Positions 38,685 through 48,192 of a DNA stretch of 64,000 nucleotides are shown piece by piece. Position 1 is the first letter of the stretch, and every line of letters starts with the position of its first letter. The DNA is from a bacterium (GTDB taxonomy: Bacteria > Patescibacteriota > Minisyncoccia > Phycocordibacterales > UBA2100), in the NCBI GenBank assembly GCA_038128225.1, contig JAYPJF010000001.1, forward strand, positions 240,419 to 304,418, read 5' to 3'. The notes beneath the pieces are model-generated. The model searched no databases. It was not told the DNA's origin and was given only the letters and a program-made list of their open reading frames with translations. The translations under genes and the position numbers were made by a program.

Positions 38685-39566
38685 TTTACAAACATATGCC
38701 GTTTACTAAAAACATAAACAGGACAACGATAGGCTTTTTTTTCGCAGCTCTTTTTGTACTCTCAGGCGCTTTTATCTATGCAGAGCAAGTGTGCGCGGGT
38801 GGTGATGGTGGCGGAGGAGGGGGTGGAACGGGTTGTGGTAACGCCGCAGGGCAGAGGGCAGGAAGGGACAGCCGCGGTGGCGGTAGAGACGACACCGACA
38901 CCCCCATCGGTTGCAGAGGCAAAGACTGTGAAGGCCCGCGTACGCCCCCCGGAGGCGGAGGAGGGGGTGGTGGAGGAGGTGGCTCAAAACCAAAATCCCC
39001 ACCAACAGCTTCACTTACCTGTGTTCCAGGAACAATCGACTCTGGCGAATCAGTGACACTCACGTGGCGCTGCCAAAACGCTTCATCAAGCTCGGGAACG
39101 AATTTTTCAACAGGTGGTGCGTTAACAGGAAACAAGGTTTTGCGCCCAACAAGCGCGATCACATACCAAGTTGAGTGTCGCGACGATTCTCGTGTTGCGC
39201 GCGCATCGTGCCGCGTGAACGTATCTGACGTCAATGGTGACGACACGGGGTTTGTTGATGACATCGACGGCAGTGGAAGCGGTGGAGGTGGAAATGGTAC
39301 AGGACTCGATTGGCAACTCGACATCACGGCAAGCCCGCTTCTGGTACAAGTCGGCGGTCAATCGCGAGTGAGTTGGACTTCTTCAAACACCGAAAACTGC
39401 ACTGCTTCTGGTCCAGGACTTTCATCAAACCAATCAAATGGAAGCGCAGACCTTACGATCACCGAAGAAAGCACCTACACACTTACCTGTGACACCACGC
39501 TCGGTGGCGGAGAAACTCTCGAAAGCGACAGTGTCACGGTGAAGATTATTCCGGTGTTTAGGGAAC
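38013..39566 (+). repeat. 667-bp direct repeat (38013-38679 and 38900-39566), apparently identical
   Basis: Read-through comparison at offset 887; alternative-frame ORFs 38235-38474/39122-39361 and 38423-38605/39310-39492 are also identical. Confidence 0.95.
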
Positions 39567-39571
39567 GCTAA
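38696..39571 (+). CDS. Secreted Gly-rich protein with two Cys-paired Ig-like domains (copy 2)
   Basis: Paralog of the preceding gene with a different N-terminal ~68 aa. Confidence 0.85.
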   Translation: MPFTKNINRTTIGFFFAALFVLSGAFIYAEQVCAGGDGGGGGGGTGCGNAAGQRAGRDSRGGGRDDTDTPIGCRGKDCEGPRTPPGGGGGGGGGGGSKPKSPPTASLTCVPGTIDSGESVTLTWRCQNASSSSGTNFSTGGALTGNKVLRPTSAITYQVECRDDSRVARASCRVNVSDVNGDDTGFVDDIDGSGSGGGGNGTGLDWQLDITASPLLVQVGGQSRVSWTSSNTENCTASGPGLSSNQSNGSADLTITEESTYTLTCDTTLGGGETLESDSVTVKIIPVFRER

Positions 39572-40191
39572 ACCCACCCCTCACCGTTATCGATAGAACA
39601 CCATAGAACGCAGGAGGCGTACGTTCGGAAAGGCGCCCATGTCGCCGCACGTTTGATAGCCTGTTTTTCAGTCGGCATCGTACGCAAGTTATACACGTGA
39701 CGAATTCCTTTGCGTAAACCCAGGTCACCCGGCGAGAACACGTCTTCATAACCAAGACTGAACATCATAAACATTTCTGCAGTCCAGGGTCCCACACCGC
39801 GCAGAGCGCAGAGCGCGTCTCGTACTTCATGTTCTGGAGCACCGTGCAAGCGAGTAAACGAAAACTCACGAGCAACAATTTTTTGCGCAAGTTCACGAAC
39901 TGCCCGCGCTTTTGCATTTGACAGTCCGGCACTACGCAGTGTTTCGTGTTTCATGGTCGCAAGTGATTTGGGCGTCACGCGTTTCTTCGGGAATAATGCT
40001 TCAAAACGCATCCAAATAGTACGCGCGGCTTTCCCGGAAAGTTGTTGTCCCACAATACTTCGACAAAGTGACACAAAAGGGTCACGGCTAGTCTCTGGCG
40101 CTAAGCGGCCGCCTTTTTTGGTGTATGCACGTGCTTTGTCATACAAAACAGGATCGACACCTTTAAAATGACGCAATACATGGTTGGGCAT
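39568..40191 (-). CDS. DNA-3-methyladenine glycosylase II (AlkA-like HhH-GPD)
   Basis: SIVGQQLS, LRGVGPWTAEM, GDLG and WAPFRTYA motifs. Confidence 0.93.
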   Translation of the reverse strand: MPNHVLRHFKGVDPVLYDKARAYTKKGGRLAPETSRDPFVSLCRSIVGQQLSGKAARTIWMRFEALFPKKRVTPKSLATMKHETLRSAGLSNAKARAVRELAQKIVAREFSFTRLHGAPEHEVRDALCALRGVGPWTAEMFMMFSLGYEDVFSPGDLGLRKGIRHVYNLRTMPTEKQAIKRAATWAPFRTYASCVLWCSIDNGEGWV

Positions 40192-40271
40192 ATAGGGACT
40201 GTATCATGCGCCCTTCATCGTATATACTCCATTATTTTGGACAGGAGAGGGAATACTGAAGGAGACGAAGA

Positions 40272-40442
40272 GTGACCAAGACAGTAAACATTCTAGCGTT
40301 CGCCTGCCTGAGATTCCCTATAAGTATCTGGGGTCCCAGGGGTGAATACCTAGGTCTCGGAGACCCATCTATGCTTGTGTCCCACATGCCGTTCATTCGT
40401 TCCCTCGGTGAAGAGGTACGGGTGGTGGAGGTGGGTGGGTGA
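40272..40442 (+). CDS. Putative 56-aa small protein, not in the ORF track
   Basis: TATACT/TATTTT upstream, AAGGAG RBS, GTG start; MTKTVNILAFACLRFPISIWGPRGEYLGLGDPSMLVSHMPFIRSLGEEVRVVEVGG*, followed directly by a terminator. Confidence 0.55.
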   Translation: MTKTVNILAFACLRFPISIWGPRGEYLGLGDPSMLVSHMPFIRSLGEEVRVVEVGG

Positions 40443-40445
40443 ATG

Positions 40446-40479
40446 ACAGCCGGCGTACGCGCCGGCTGTTTCTTTTTTT
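40446..40479 (+). terminator. Terminator upstream of ileS
   Basis: ACAGCCGGCG-tacg-CGCCGGCTGT followed by TTCTTTTTTT. Confidence 0.85.
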
Positions 40480-40519
40480 GGACGTGTGCGGGCGGCATTG
40501 TTTTGCTAGGATAGGCAAG

Positions 40520-43378
40520 ATGGCGCAGGAAAAGAAAAGCGAAACAGCGTTGCGTGAAGAAGAGGTACTCACTTTTTGGCGCGCTGACAACACGTTTCAA
40601 AAATCACTTGAAAAAGATGCGCCCCGCGGAGAGTTTGTATTTTTTGATGGGCCTCCATTTGCAACCGGGCTTCCGCATCACGGACACCTGCTCGGGAGCA
40701 CTATTAAAGATGTGGTGGGGCGGTATGCCACTATGCGCGGGTATCGAGTGCCGCGTAAATGGGGCTGGGATTGTCACGGACTTCCTATCGAGAGCCTGAT
40801 TGAGAAGAAACTCGGTCTCAAAACAAAAAAAGATATTCTCGAGCTGGGTATCGACACGTTCAATCGTGCGGCGCGCGAAGCGGTGATGGAATTCGCGCAG
40901 GACTGGGAAAAATATGTTGAACGCATCGGGCGGTGGGTGGACTTTAAGAATTCGTACAAAACGATGGACAATAGCTACGTCGAGGCAGTGTGGTGGGCTG
41001 TCAAAAAACTCAACGAGCGTGGTTTATTGTACGAAGGAAAGAAGGTGCTGATGTACTGCCCGCACTGTGAGACTCCTTTGGCGAAAGCTGAAATTCAGAT
41101 GGATAATACGTATAAAGATGTCACGGAAGATGCGCTTACGGTAAAATTTAAAATTAAAAACCCTAGCGCGCACGCACTCCCCGGGAACACGTTCCTTCTT
41201 GCGTGGACAACGACACCGTGGACCCTGCCAGGAAATGTTGCGCTCGCGGTTGCTGCAGATAAAACGTATGGTGTGTATGTTCAAGACGGGGAACAGGTAA
41301 TCGTGGTAGTCGAACGTGCTGAATCCCTTGGGTTATCTACACCAACAAAAACATTCATGGGGAGCGAGCTTATCGGTATTGAATATGAGCCTCTGTATCT
41401 CTTGAAAGCAGTCGAAGCTTATAAAGGCAAAAAACATCTCGTTCTCCCAGCAGATTTCGTTACTACCACTGACGGCACAGGCATTGTGCACACGGCGGTC
41501 ATGTACGGAGAAGATGATTTCGTATTGGGGCAGAAGGAAGGTTTGCCCATGGTTCAGATGTTAGATGCGGGGGGTAGTTACAATAGCGATGCTCCTGAAT
41601 TGGTACGCGGCATGTATTTCAAGAAAGGCGGCAAACAGGTAACAGAGGACTTAGAAAAGCGCGATCTCATCTTCAAAAAAGAATCTCACACGCACAGCTA
41701 CCCTCACTGCTATCGTTGTGGGAACGCGCTCATTTACAACGCGGTTGCTTCTTGGTTTGTGGATATTCAGAAAATTAAGCAAGCGCTTTTGGATCAAAAT
41801 GAAAACGTTACGTGGGTGCCAGCGCATCTTAAGCACGGACGCTTTCAACACATTGTCGAGAACGCACCTGATTGGACGATCTCGCGCAATCGTTTCTGGG
41901 CATCACCGCTTCCCATATGGAAGTGCGATTCGTGCAAGAAAACCGACATTATCGGGTCGGTTCAAGAATTGAAAGCGCGGGCACAGGAGCCGGTGTCTGA
42001 CACCATTGATTTACATCGACCACACGTGGATATGTTCACACTCACTTGTGCCTGTGGCGGGGTGATGAAAAGAATTCCGGAAGTTGTTGACTGCTGGCTC
42101 GAGTCTGGCTCTATGCCTTTTGCGCAACACCATATGAGCGGAGAGACAATTGCCGAACCGCCTGTAGGAGACTTTATCGCGGAATATATAGCACAGACGC
42201 GCACATGGTTTTATTACACGCATGTAATGGGGGTCGCGCTTTTTGATCGGCAGGCATTTAAGGCGGTTGTTTCAACGGGAACTATTCTTGCCGCAGACGG
42301 CGAAAAAATGAGCAAATCAAAAGGAAACTACACTGACCCGCTTATAAATCTTGATCGGTATGGCGCTGACGCGTTTCGCTACTACATGATGGCAACACCA
42401 GTGATGCATGCGGAAGATTTTAGTTTTCGTGACGAAGATTTGCGTGAAGCGCATAGTCGCATCATCAACATGCTATGGAATACGTATCAGTTCTATACTC
42501 TTTTCAAAGATACCGTTGCGCACACAGACCAGAGTCCACGCACGCACATACTCGACCGTTGGGTGATGGCACGTCTTGACGAAGTGGTGATTGAGGTCAC
42601 CGATTCTATGAATGTGTTCGACCTGCCGCGCACATGCCGCGCTCTTCGTGATTTTATCGAAGATTATTCCACATGGTACGTGCGGCGCTCGCGCGAGCGT
42701 GTGAAAAGTGGCGGGTCATCAGATGCACTTGCGACACAGCGAGAAGTGCTTGTGACACTCTCAAAACTATGTGCGCCCATCATGCCGTTTATCGCAGAAA
42801 GTGTTTATCGCGGGGTGACAGGCGAGGGGAGCGTGCATCTTACAGAGTGGCCGAGCGCCACGGTGCGCCCGGAAGATGTCGATGTGCTCGCGGGAATGAA
42901 ATTCTCGCGCGAAGTAGTCTCACTTGGTCTTACTGAACGCGCACAACATGGGATAAAGGTGCGGCAACCACTTGCGCGGCTTACGGTGCGCACTCCCTTG
43001 GTTGCGCTCTGGGGTGAGTTGGCGGAGATCATTCGCGAAGAACTTAATGTCAAAAATATTGAACTTGAAGACCGAGAGGTAAAAGAAGGTGAGGCTCGTG
43101 TTGATTTGGATACCAATCTTACTCCTGAGCTTGTGCGCGAAGGAGAGGTGCGCGATCTGCTCCGTATCGTGCAAGAACTGCGTAAAAAGAAAGGCCTTGC
43201 CCCAAGTGACCAAACAGCACTTTTAGTACAAGCGGAAGGGCAGGGCCGCGTATTCATGGAATTTGCACGAGAAGAGCTGAGACGCGTGGCGTCGGTACAA
43301 CGTATCGATTATGTGGCTTCAGTACGGGGAGAAAAAATCACGATCGAAGGTGGTAGTGTAAACGTTGCACTGCAATAG
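40520..43378 (+). CDS. ileS: Isoleucine--tRNA ligase (type 2)
   Basis: FDGPPFATGLPHHGH, GWDCHGLP, WTTTPWTLP, DWTISRNRFW and KMSKSKGN motifs. Confidence 0.97.
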   Translation: MAQEKKSETALREEEVLTFWRADNTFQKSLEKDAPRGEFVFFDGPPFATGLPHHGHLLGSTIKDVVGRYATMRGYRVPRKWGWDCHGLPIESLIEKKLGLKTKKDILELGIDTFNRAAREAVMEFAQDWEKYVERIGRWVDFKNSYKTMDNSYVEAVWWAVKKLNERGLLYEGKKVLMYCPHCETPLAKAEIQMDNTYKDVTEDALTVKFKIKNPSAHALPGNTFLLAWTTTPWTLPGNVALAVAADKTYGVYVQDGEQVIVVVERAESLGLSTPTKTFMGSELIGIEYEPLYLLKAVEAYKGKKHLVLPADFVTTTDGTGIVHTAVMYGEDDFVLGQKEGLPMVQMLDAGGSYNSDAPELVRGMYFKKGGKQVTEDLEKRDLIFKKESHTHSYPHCYRCGNALIYNAVASWFVDIQKIKQALLDQNENVTWVPAHLKHGRFQHIVENAPDWTISRNRFWASPLPIWKCDSCKKTDIIGSVQELKARAQEPVSDTIDLHRPHVDMFTLTCACGGVMKRIPEVVDCWLESGSMPFAQHHMSGETIAEPPVGDFIAEYIAQTRTWFYYTHVMGVALFDRQAFKAVVSTGTILAADGEKMSKSKGNYTDPLINLDRYGADAFRYYMMATPVMHAEDFSFRDEDLREAHSRIINMLWNTYQFYTLFKDTVAHTDQSPRTHILDRWVMARLDEVVIEVTDSMNVFDLPRTCRALRDFIEDYSTWYVRRSRERVKSGGSSDALATQREVLVTLSKLCAPIMPFIAESVYRGVTGEGSVHLTEWPSATVRPEDVDVLAGMKFSREVVSLGLTERAQHGIKVRQPLARLTVRTPLVALWGELAEIIREELNVKNIELEDREVKEGEARVDLDTNLTPELVREGEVRDLLRIVQELRKKKGLAPSDQTALLVQAEGQGRVFMEFAREELRRVASVQRIDYVASVRGEKITIEGGSVNVALQ

Positions 43379-43382
43379 GGAG

Positions 43383-43403
43383 GCGCCCGCAAGATGCGGG
43401 CGC
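43383..43403. terminator. Hairpin between convergent genes
   Basis: GCGCCCGCA-aga-TGCGGGCGC stem. Confidence 0.6.
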
Positions 43404-43419
43404 GGTTTACGATTGAGTG

Positions 43420-43641
43420 TTACCACTCCAACGCCTCGATGAGGCTAGATTCTGCGGGCCGTCCACTATCGGAAGCGGCGACAATCACCGAAGGCCGCGC
43501 GTCCTTGGAGTGATTAGCTACCAGTGTTCCGATTTCTGCGGTACGAGGAGCCTTCGGCTGAAATGCAATATGCACGCGCGTCTCGCCACCGAGAAAGCCC
43601 TTCAACTTCGAGAGTTCGGCGATCATCTGATCGATGGTCAT
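43420..43641 (-). CDS. Hypothetical 73-aa protein
   Basis: AAGGAG RBS before ATG, plausible upstream TATAGT, hairpin after the stop. Confidence 0.6.
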   Translation of the reverse strand: MTIDQMIAELSKLKGFLGGETRVHIAFQPKAPRTAEIGTLVANHSKDARPSVIVAASDSGRPAESSLIEALEW

Positions 43642-43671
43642 TGAGATCTCCTTTTCTACTTACCTGCGGTA

Positions 43672-44706
43672 CTATAGTCGCTGGAGCAAAGGGCTGTCAA
43701 TAAGCAAGAAACGGCGCACTTCTCCGTTTGGCATCGTGTATTCAAGCTCTGTATCGGAAATCCATTTCGGCTTCGAAAACCACAATGGTTCTTCAACTTC
43801 CGTCACGAGCTGTTTTTCTTTGGTAAATAAATTTTGAATATAGAGCGCTGACCCTATTCCAGCGTTACGGCGCTCTTCTCTTTCGAGCGCTTGGAATTCT
43901 TCGTCGGGGATCCAATCCGCACCCTCGCTTATTGTTACAAGTCCGGTGTCGTAATTAAGCGCGTCTCCACCGAGAGCGTCTTGATCCGCTGTGAATACTT
44001 GCCATGCAAAATTAGTGAAATCGATGCGTATATACGCGACAGGGTATGCGGCATCGAAAATATAAACCCACAAATAGCGCCCATCGCGGCTCCAATCAAG
44101 GAACGAAATCGATCCTAGAATTCCCGGTTCGCGTACATTTATATCTTTCATGGGCAGTACGAACACTTCTTTGAAGTCTTTGTCAGAGAGGTCTTTCACT
44201 ACCACTTCCTGAACTTCGCCTCCCATATAACCGCGTTCTAGTACAACAAAACGCTCGTCAGGAGAAACGCGGAAGTTGTAGCCAAATGTGGTTCTTCCTG
44301 CACGATTGTATATCACATCGTCAAAGTTTATGAAATTAAAGAGCTTTTCTCCGTGGCCATCATAGGAATATTTCCAAAACGACGTTTCAAAACCAAATCG
44401 ATGAGTTCTCAGTCTCTCGTCAAAGTTAAATTGGCGGATTACATACAAAGCACACGGATGTATTTCCATGGGATGCGCCACGTTTCGCACTTGCCCAATT
44501 TTGAAAACTTTCTGGGGTTCAGGAGATTCCGAACTTAAAACAGAGACGGTGGTAGTACTTGTCTGTGCTATTTTATTTTCACTTTCGGTCGCAACCATAG
44601 CGGCATCAAGACATACTCTGTGGGGAGCCGCATCGTACACAACCCATGCTAGAGCCGCGCCGGTTATCAACAGCCACAAAATATATTGGGTGTGCTCAGA
44701 GAGCAT
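43672..44706 (-). CDS. Membrane-anchored beta-propeller-like hypothetical protein
   Basis: N-terminal TM; VSPDERF, DWSRDGRYLW and PKWISDTELEY blades. Start reassigned to ATG 44706 (TATTAT-N6). Confidence 0.75.
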   Translation of the reverse strand: MLSEHTQYILWLLITGAALAWVVYDAAPHRVCLDAAMVATESENKIAQTSTTTVSVLSSESPEPQKVFKIGQVRNVAHPMEIHPCALYVIRQFNFDERLRTHRFGFETSFWKYSYDGHGEKLFNFINFDDVIYNRAGRTTFGYNFRVSPDERFVVLERGYMGGEVQEVVVKDLSDKDFKEVFVLPMKDINVREPGILGSISFLDWSRDGRYLWVYIFDAAYPVAYIRIDFTNFAWQVFTADQDALGGDALNYDTGLVTISEGADWIPDEEFQALEREERRNAGIGSALYIQNLFTKEKQLVTEVEEPLWFSKPKWISDTELEYTMPNGEVRRFLLIDSPLLQRL

Positions 44707-44740
44707 AGACGTATAATACGGCCAAGGGCGAATAAATAAT

Positions 44741-46978
44741 ATGCGCGGTTTGTATATAAACCCGCGTGCGCTTCTCCTTCTTGTGATCATTTTGGGAGTG
44801 CCTGGTATCGCGCGTGCGCAAATTTTCCCACCACCACCGTCATTTTCTCCCACGTTTGAAGTTACGTATGCATGGAACGATACCTCGATTAGTCACGGGA
44901 GCACGCATAACTTTCCTGAAGACGGGGTGGGGGCTGGCACGTATGGATGGCCTGGCGGGCTTGTGCTCGGTGCGTTGTACAAAGGGGAATTGAATAATGC
45001 AACAGAAATCAATGGACATTTGATGGGCAACGCCTCAACACTGGTATCGACACAGCCGAATGACTACTTTCAAGGATCGGGAAAGTATTTTGTAACTATC
45101 TTACGTGTTTCTCAGCATGCGTTTTTAAACGACCCACTTCATTTGTACAACGAATGGTTTTTGCACGGAACCACATTGAACCCCGATGCGCGGCCGCCTG
45201 CGGAATGGGGAATTTTGGAGTTCGAGGTGAAGGATGGTGTGGTGTTGTACACGCAGATCGAATCAAACTTCCCTTCACAGGCGTTAACGAGTGAATGGGA
45301 TGACGATGTGTATGCGGGAGGAGAGTCTGGGGCGTACGGGTGCGGGGGACAAGAAATCCCTGATATAAGCTCTTGCGGTTGTGCCGTGACTTCTGCTGTG
45401 ATGGTCGGGCGTTTCCACGGGGCTCTTGATGGTGTCGATGGTAACAGAATCGATCCAGGGACACTGAATGCTTGGCTCAAAGAAAACGGCGGGTATCTTG
45501 ATGGGGGTTCAGTGAATTGGAATTCCATCGCGAAGTACACCGGCAATAAAATCAAGTTTACTACACACAACAGTGTCCCGAACAACTTCGCGCTCCTTGA
45601 TGAAAAACTCAATCAAAATTTACCGGTCATAGCGCGCGCAGAGTATGGTCGCGGTGATCGATCAGCCCATTTTTTTGTCATTGATAAAAAACTTGCTTCC
45701 ACATACCGTGTGAAGGATCCGTACTGGTACAACACTAAAACGCTTGATGAGGAAGCGACAAACCATGCAGCAAAAATCCGCGATTACCTCGGAGGTTTTG
45801 ACGGGCTTCGAGTATACGAACCACACGACGGCTCCCCTTACGCATACGTTACCTTTGCGCTCGGCTCTCCCGCAGAGCTTTTGATTACGGATGTGCTCGG
45901 GCAGAGACTTGGCAAAGACCCTACAACAGGCACGGTATATGGGGAAATCCCTGGGGCTTCATACGGTAGTGATGACTTCGGGAATCCTGAAGAATTTGGC
46001 ACACTTCCCGCACATGAAGGCAAGGTCGCGTACATCCCTGACCCAGGTGGCGCGTATACGGTTTCGGTAATTGGAACAGGCGAAGGAGGATATTCGCTTA
46101 CCTCGATAGTGAGCGATACAGGTGGTGGTGTGCACGAAAGCACTTTAGAAAGTGAGATACATGCTGGCCAAATCGTTACCTACCATGCTGCCGTAGACAC
46201 AACACATGCTGATCAATCGAATGTCACTCTTGCCGACGCGACTCCGCCCGAGACGCAAGCTGTGCTTTCTGGTGAAGAAGGTGAGGTGGGGTGGTTTCAT
46301 TCTGCGGTAACGGTAAATCTTTTTGTGACAGGTGAGGAGAGTGATGCGTACACCGAGTACCGGTTCGGCATTGGTCCATGGGCTCCTTACGCCCAACCGG
46401 TGGTTGTGTCGGCTGAGGGCGCATATAGCATGCAATTTCGGTCGCGTGACTCGGCAGGAAATCAGGAAACTGAAAAGTCAGTTTCATTTACGATAGATAT
46501 GACACCGCCGGAGGCGCGCGCGTCTCTCGACGTCCAGACTAAGAAAATAAAAGTAGAAACAATAGACACGTACCCACAGTCTGCAACGCAAACGGTCAAT
46601 GGACAGGCGACAACATATACGCTTACCGATAAAGCACACAATACGACCATCCTCACACTTCGCGCGGTTCAGAAGCCAACGTTCCTCACCGCCTTCACGG
46701 CGCAGACACTTTCGTATAATGGCTCACCAATGGTGCTACCAGAAAACGTTGCCGCGTATGGGTGGGTCGCGAAGCAGGGGAAGCTGCAGAGTTTTATCGA
46801 GGATGTTTTTATTAAAGGGATCACCAATGCTACAGGAGTGTACACAGCAAAAACAAATAGCACGCAATTGATTATTATTGATCTTGCAACAAAGAAAAAG
46901 TCCACAGAAAAGAGGCAAGGCCTGGCAATTCTGGGGATTGAGACTAGTAAAGGGAAGCTCAGAACATTTACTCAATAA
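44741..46978 (+). CDS. Secreted C39-like cysteine peptidase with C-terminal Ig/OmpL47-like domains
   Basis: Signal peptide; Q..., GCAVTSAVM (Cys), P..LNAWL, HFFVI (His), VKDP (Asp); D.TPP.T..YR..W..Y..EG..FRSRDSAGNQE repeat. Confidence 0.82.
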   Translation: MRGLYINPRALLLLVIILGVPGIARAQIFPPPPSFSPTFEVTYAWNDTSISHGSTHNFPEDGVGAGTYGWPGGLVLGALYKGELNNATEINGHLMGNASTLVSTQPNDYFQGSGKYFVTILRVSQHAFLNDPLHLYNEWFLHGTTLNPDARPPAEWGILEFEVKDGVVLYTQIESNFPSQALTSEWDDDVYAGGESGAYGCGGQEIPDISSCGCAVTSAVMVGRFHGALDGVDGNRIDPGTLNAWLKENGGYLDGGSVNWNSIAKYTGNKIKFTTHNSVPNNFALLDEKLNQNLPVIARAEYGRGDRSAHFFVIDKKLASTYRVKDPYWYNTKTLDEEATNHAAKIRDYLGGFDGLRVYEPHDGSPYAYVTFALGSPAELLITDVLGQRLGKDPTTGTVYGEIPGASYGSDDFGNPEEFGTLPAHEGKVAYIPDPGGAYTVSVIGTGEGGYSLTSIVSDTGGGVHESTLESEIHAGQIVTYHAAVDTTHADQSNVTLADATPPETQAVLSGEEGEVGWFHSAVTVNLFVTGEESDAYTEYRFGIGPWAPYAQPVVVSAEGAYSMQFRSRDSAGNQETEKSVSFTIDMTPPEARASLDVQTKKIKVETIDTYPQSATQTVNGQATTYTLTDKAHNTTILTLRAVQKPTFLTAFTAQTLSYNGSPMVLPENVAAYGWVAKQGKLQSFIEDVFIKGITNATGVYTAKTNSTQLIIIDLATKKKSTEKRQGLAILGIETSKGKLRTFTQ

Positions 46979-47051
46979 CAGTTACCTGGCGCGTGCGGAG
47001 ATACCATGTAGACTGCATTTAGACATGCGCACCTGAAGAAGGAGAAAAAAC

Positions 47052-47513
47052 ATGGAAGTCGTGTATGCTCACGAGTGGCGAACAGGCACACCAAGACACA
47101 GTATATTCTTGGCAGGGCCGAGTCCGCGCATGCAGGAAAATTATAATTGGAGACCCGAAGCGCTGAGAATACTCTCGGAACACGGATTTAAAGGCATGGT
47201 GTATGTGCCATTGCCGCGCGAAGGCGATTGGGCTGAGAATTACTATGCGCAGGTTGAGTGGGAGCTCGATTTTTTGGATAAAGCACACATGATCGCATTC
47301 TGGATCCCACGAGATCTAAAGCATTTGCCTGGATTTACTACGAACGTCGAGTTTGGTATGTATCTCAAGAGTAAAAAGATCGTGCTTGGGTACCCGCAAG
47401 GGGCTGCGAAGATGCGATACCTTGACACGGTTGCTCGTGTGAACAACGTGCCGGTGTATCATTCCCTTGAGGAGACGCTTGTGTGCGCAATGCGCATGGG
47501 TTGTTCCGAATAG
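47052..47513 (+). CDS. Nucleoside 2-deoxyribosyltransferase-like domain protein
   Basis: SIFLAGP, NWR, QVEWE, FWIPR and TTNVEFG motifs; AAGGAG RBS. Confidence 0.85.
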   Translation: MEVVYAHEWRTGTPRHSIFLAGPSPRMQENYNWRPEALRILSEHGFKGMVYVPLPREGDWAENYYAQVEWELDFLDKAHMIAFWIPRDLKHLPGFTTNVEFGMYLKSKKIVLGYPQGAAKMRYLDTVARVNNVPVYHSLEETLVCAMRMGCSE

Positions 47514-47518
47514 TACAC

Positions 47519-47542
47519 ACAAGCGGCCGAAAGGCCGCTTGT
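47519..47542 (+). terminator. Hairpin with GAAA tetraloop
   Basis: ACAAGCGGCC-GAAA-GGCCGCTTGT stem. Confidence 0.7.
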
Positions 47543-47584
47543 TCAGTGCTCGACTCTTTTTATAATGCTGGGAAAATAGGAGGG

Positions 47585-48163
47585 ATGTACGAAAAATATA
47601 CTACCGATGCGCTCGTACTTGCTACGCACGAGCACGGCGAGCATGATAAGACCATTGTGTTGTATACGCGTGCCTTCGGGCTTGTGTATGCACGAGCATC
47701 TGGTGTGCGGAAAGAGCTCTCGCGCATGCGGGGCGCACTCCAATTTGGTTCACATGTTTCCGTGTCACTCATACATGGTTCGCGCGGGTGGCGTGCTACA
47801 GGTACAACTGCACTACAGACCCTGACAATAACTCCAGATCACAGAGAAGGATTGGTAGCGCTTGCGCGTATTTATAAACTCGTGCGACGGTTGGTTCACG
47901 GAGAAGAGCAGAATGAGTACTTGTTCGAGACGCTTCTGGGCGCACGTACGCACTTGCTACAAAACACAGTGGCGATTGGAACGATTGAATTATTGTGTGT
48001 TGCGCGCACGCTTCACGGACTCGGTTATTTGTCGGCGGCTGCGGTAGGAGCTGCATGTTTCGCTGATACTGCCTATGCACCGCAACAGCTTGAAGAGGTT
48101 GGGCGTATCGAAAAAGACTTACTAAAATCAGTGAACACGGCACTTGCCGAAAGCCAGCTGTAG
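47585..48163 (+). CDS. recO: DNA repair protein RecO
   Basis: T.ALVL..GEHDK..LYTR.FG.V.ARASGVRK..SR OB-fold and LGY motif. Confidence 0.88.
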   Translation: MYEKYTTDALVLATHEHGEHDKTIVLYTRAFGLVYARASGVRKELSRMRGALQFGSHVSVSLIHGSRGWRATGTTALQTLTITPDHREGLVALARIYKLVRRLVHGEEQNEYLFETLLGARTHLLQNTVAIGTIELLCVARTLHGLGYLSAAAVGAACFADTAYAPQQLEEVGRIEKDLLKSVNTALAESQL

Positions 48164-48192
48164 CGGGCGCTCTCTCTTGGTATACTTCCCCT

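Noticed and set aside
38013-39566. DGR TR/VR pair or insertion-sequence copies
   Set aside because: The copies appear identical, are in-frame parts of two genes, and lack a transposase, inverted repeats or RT.
40230-40519. T-box riboswitch for ileS
   Set aside because: No recognisable T-box consensus (AGGGTGGNACCGCG) before the terminator; an SD-led small ORF and a separate ileS promoter explain the region better.
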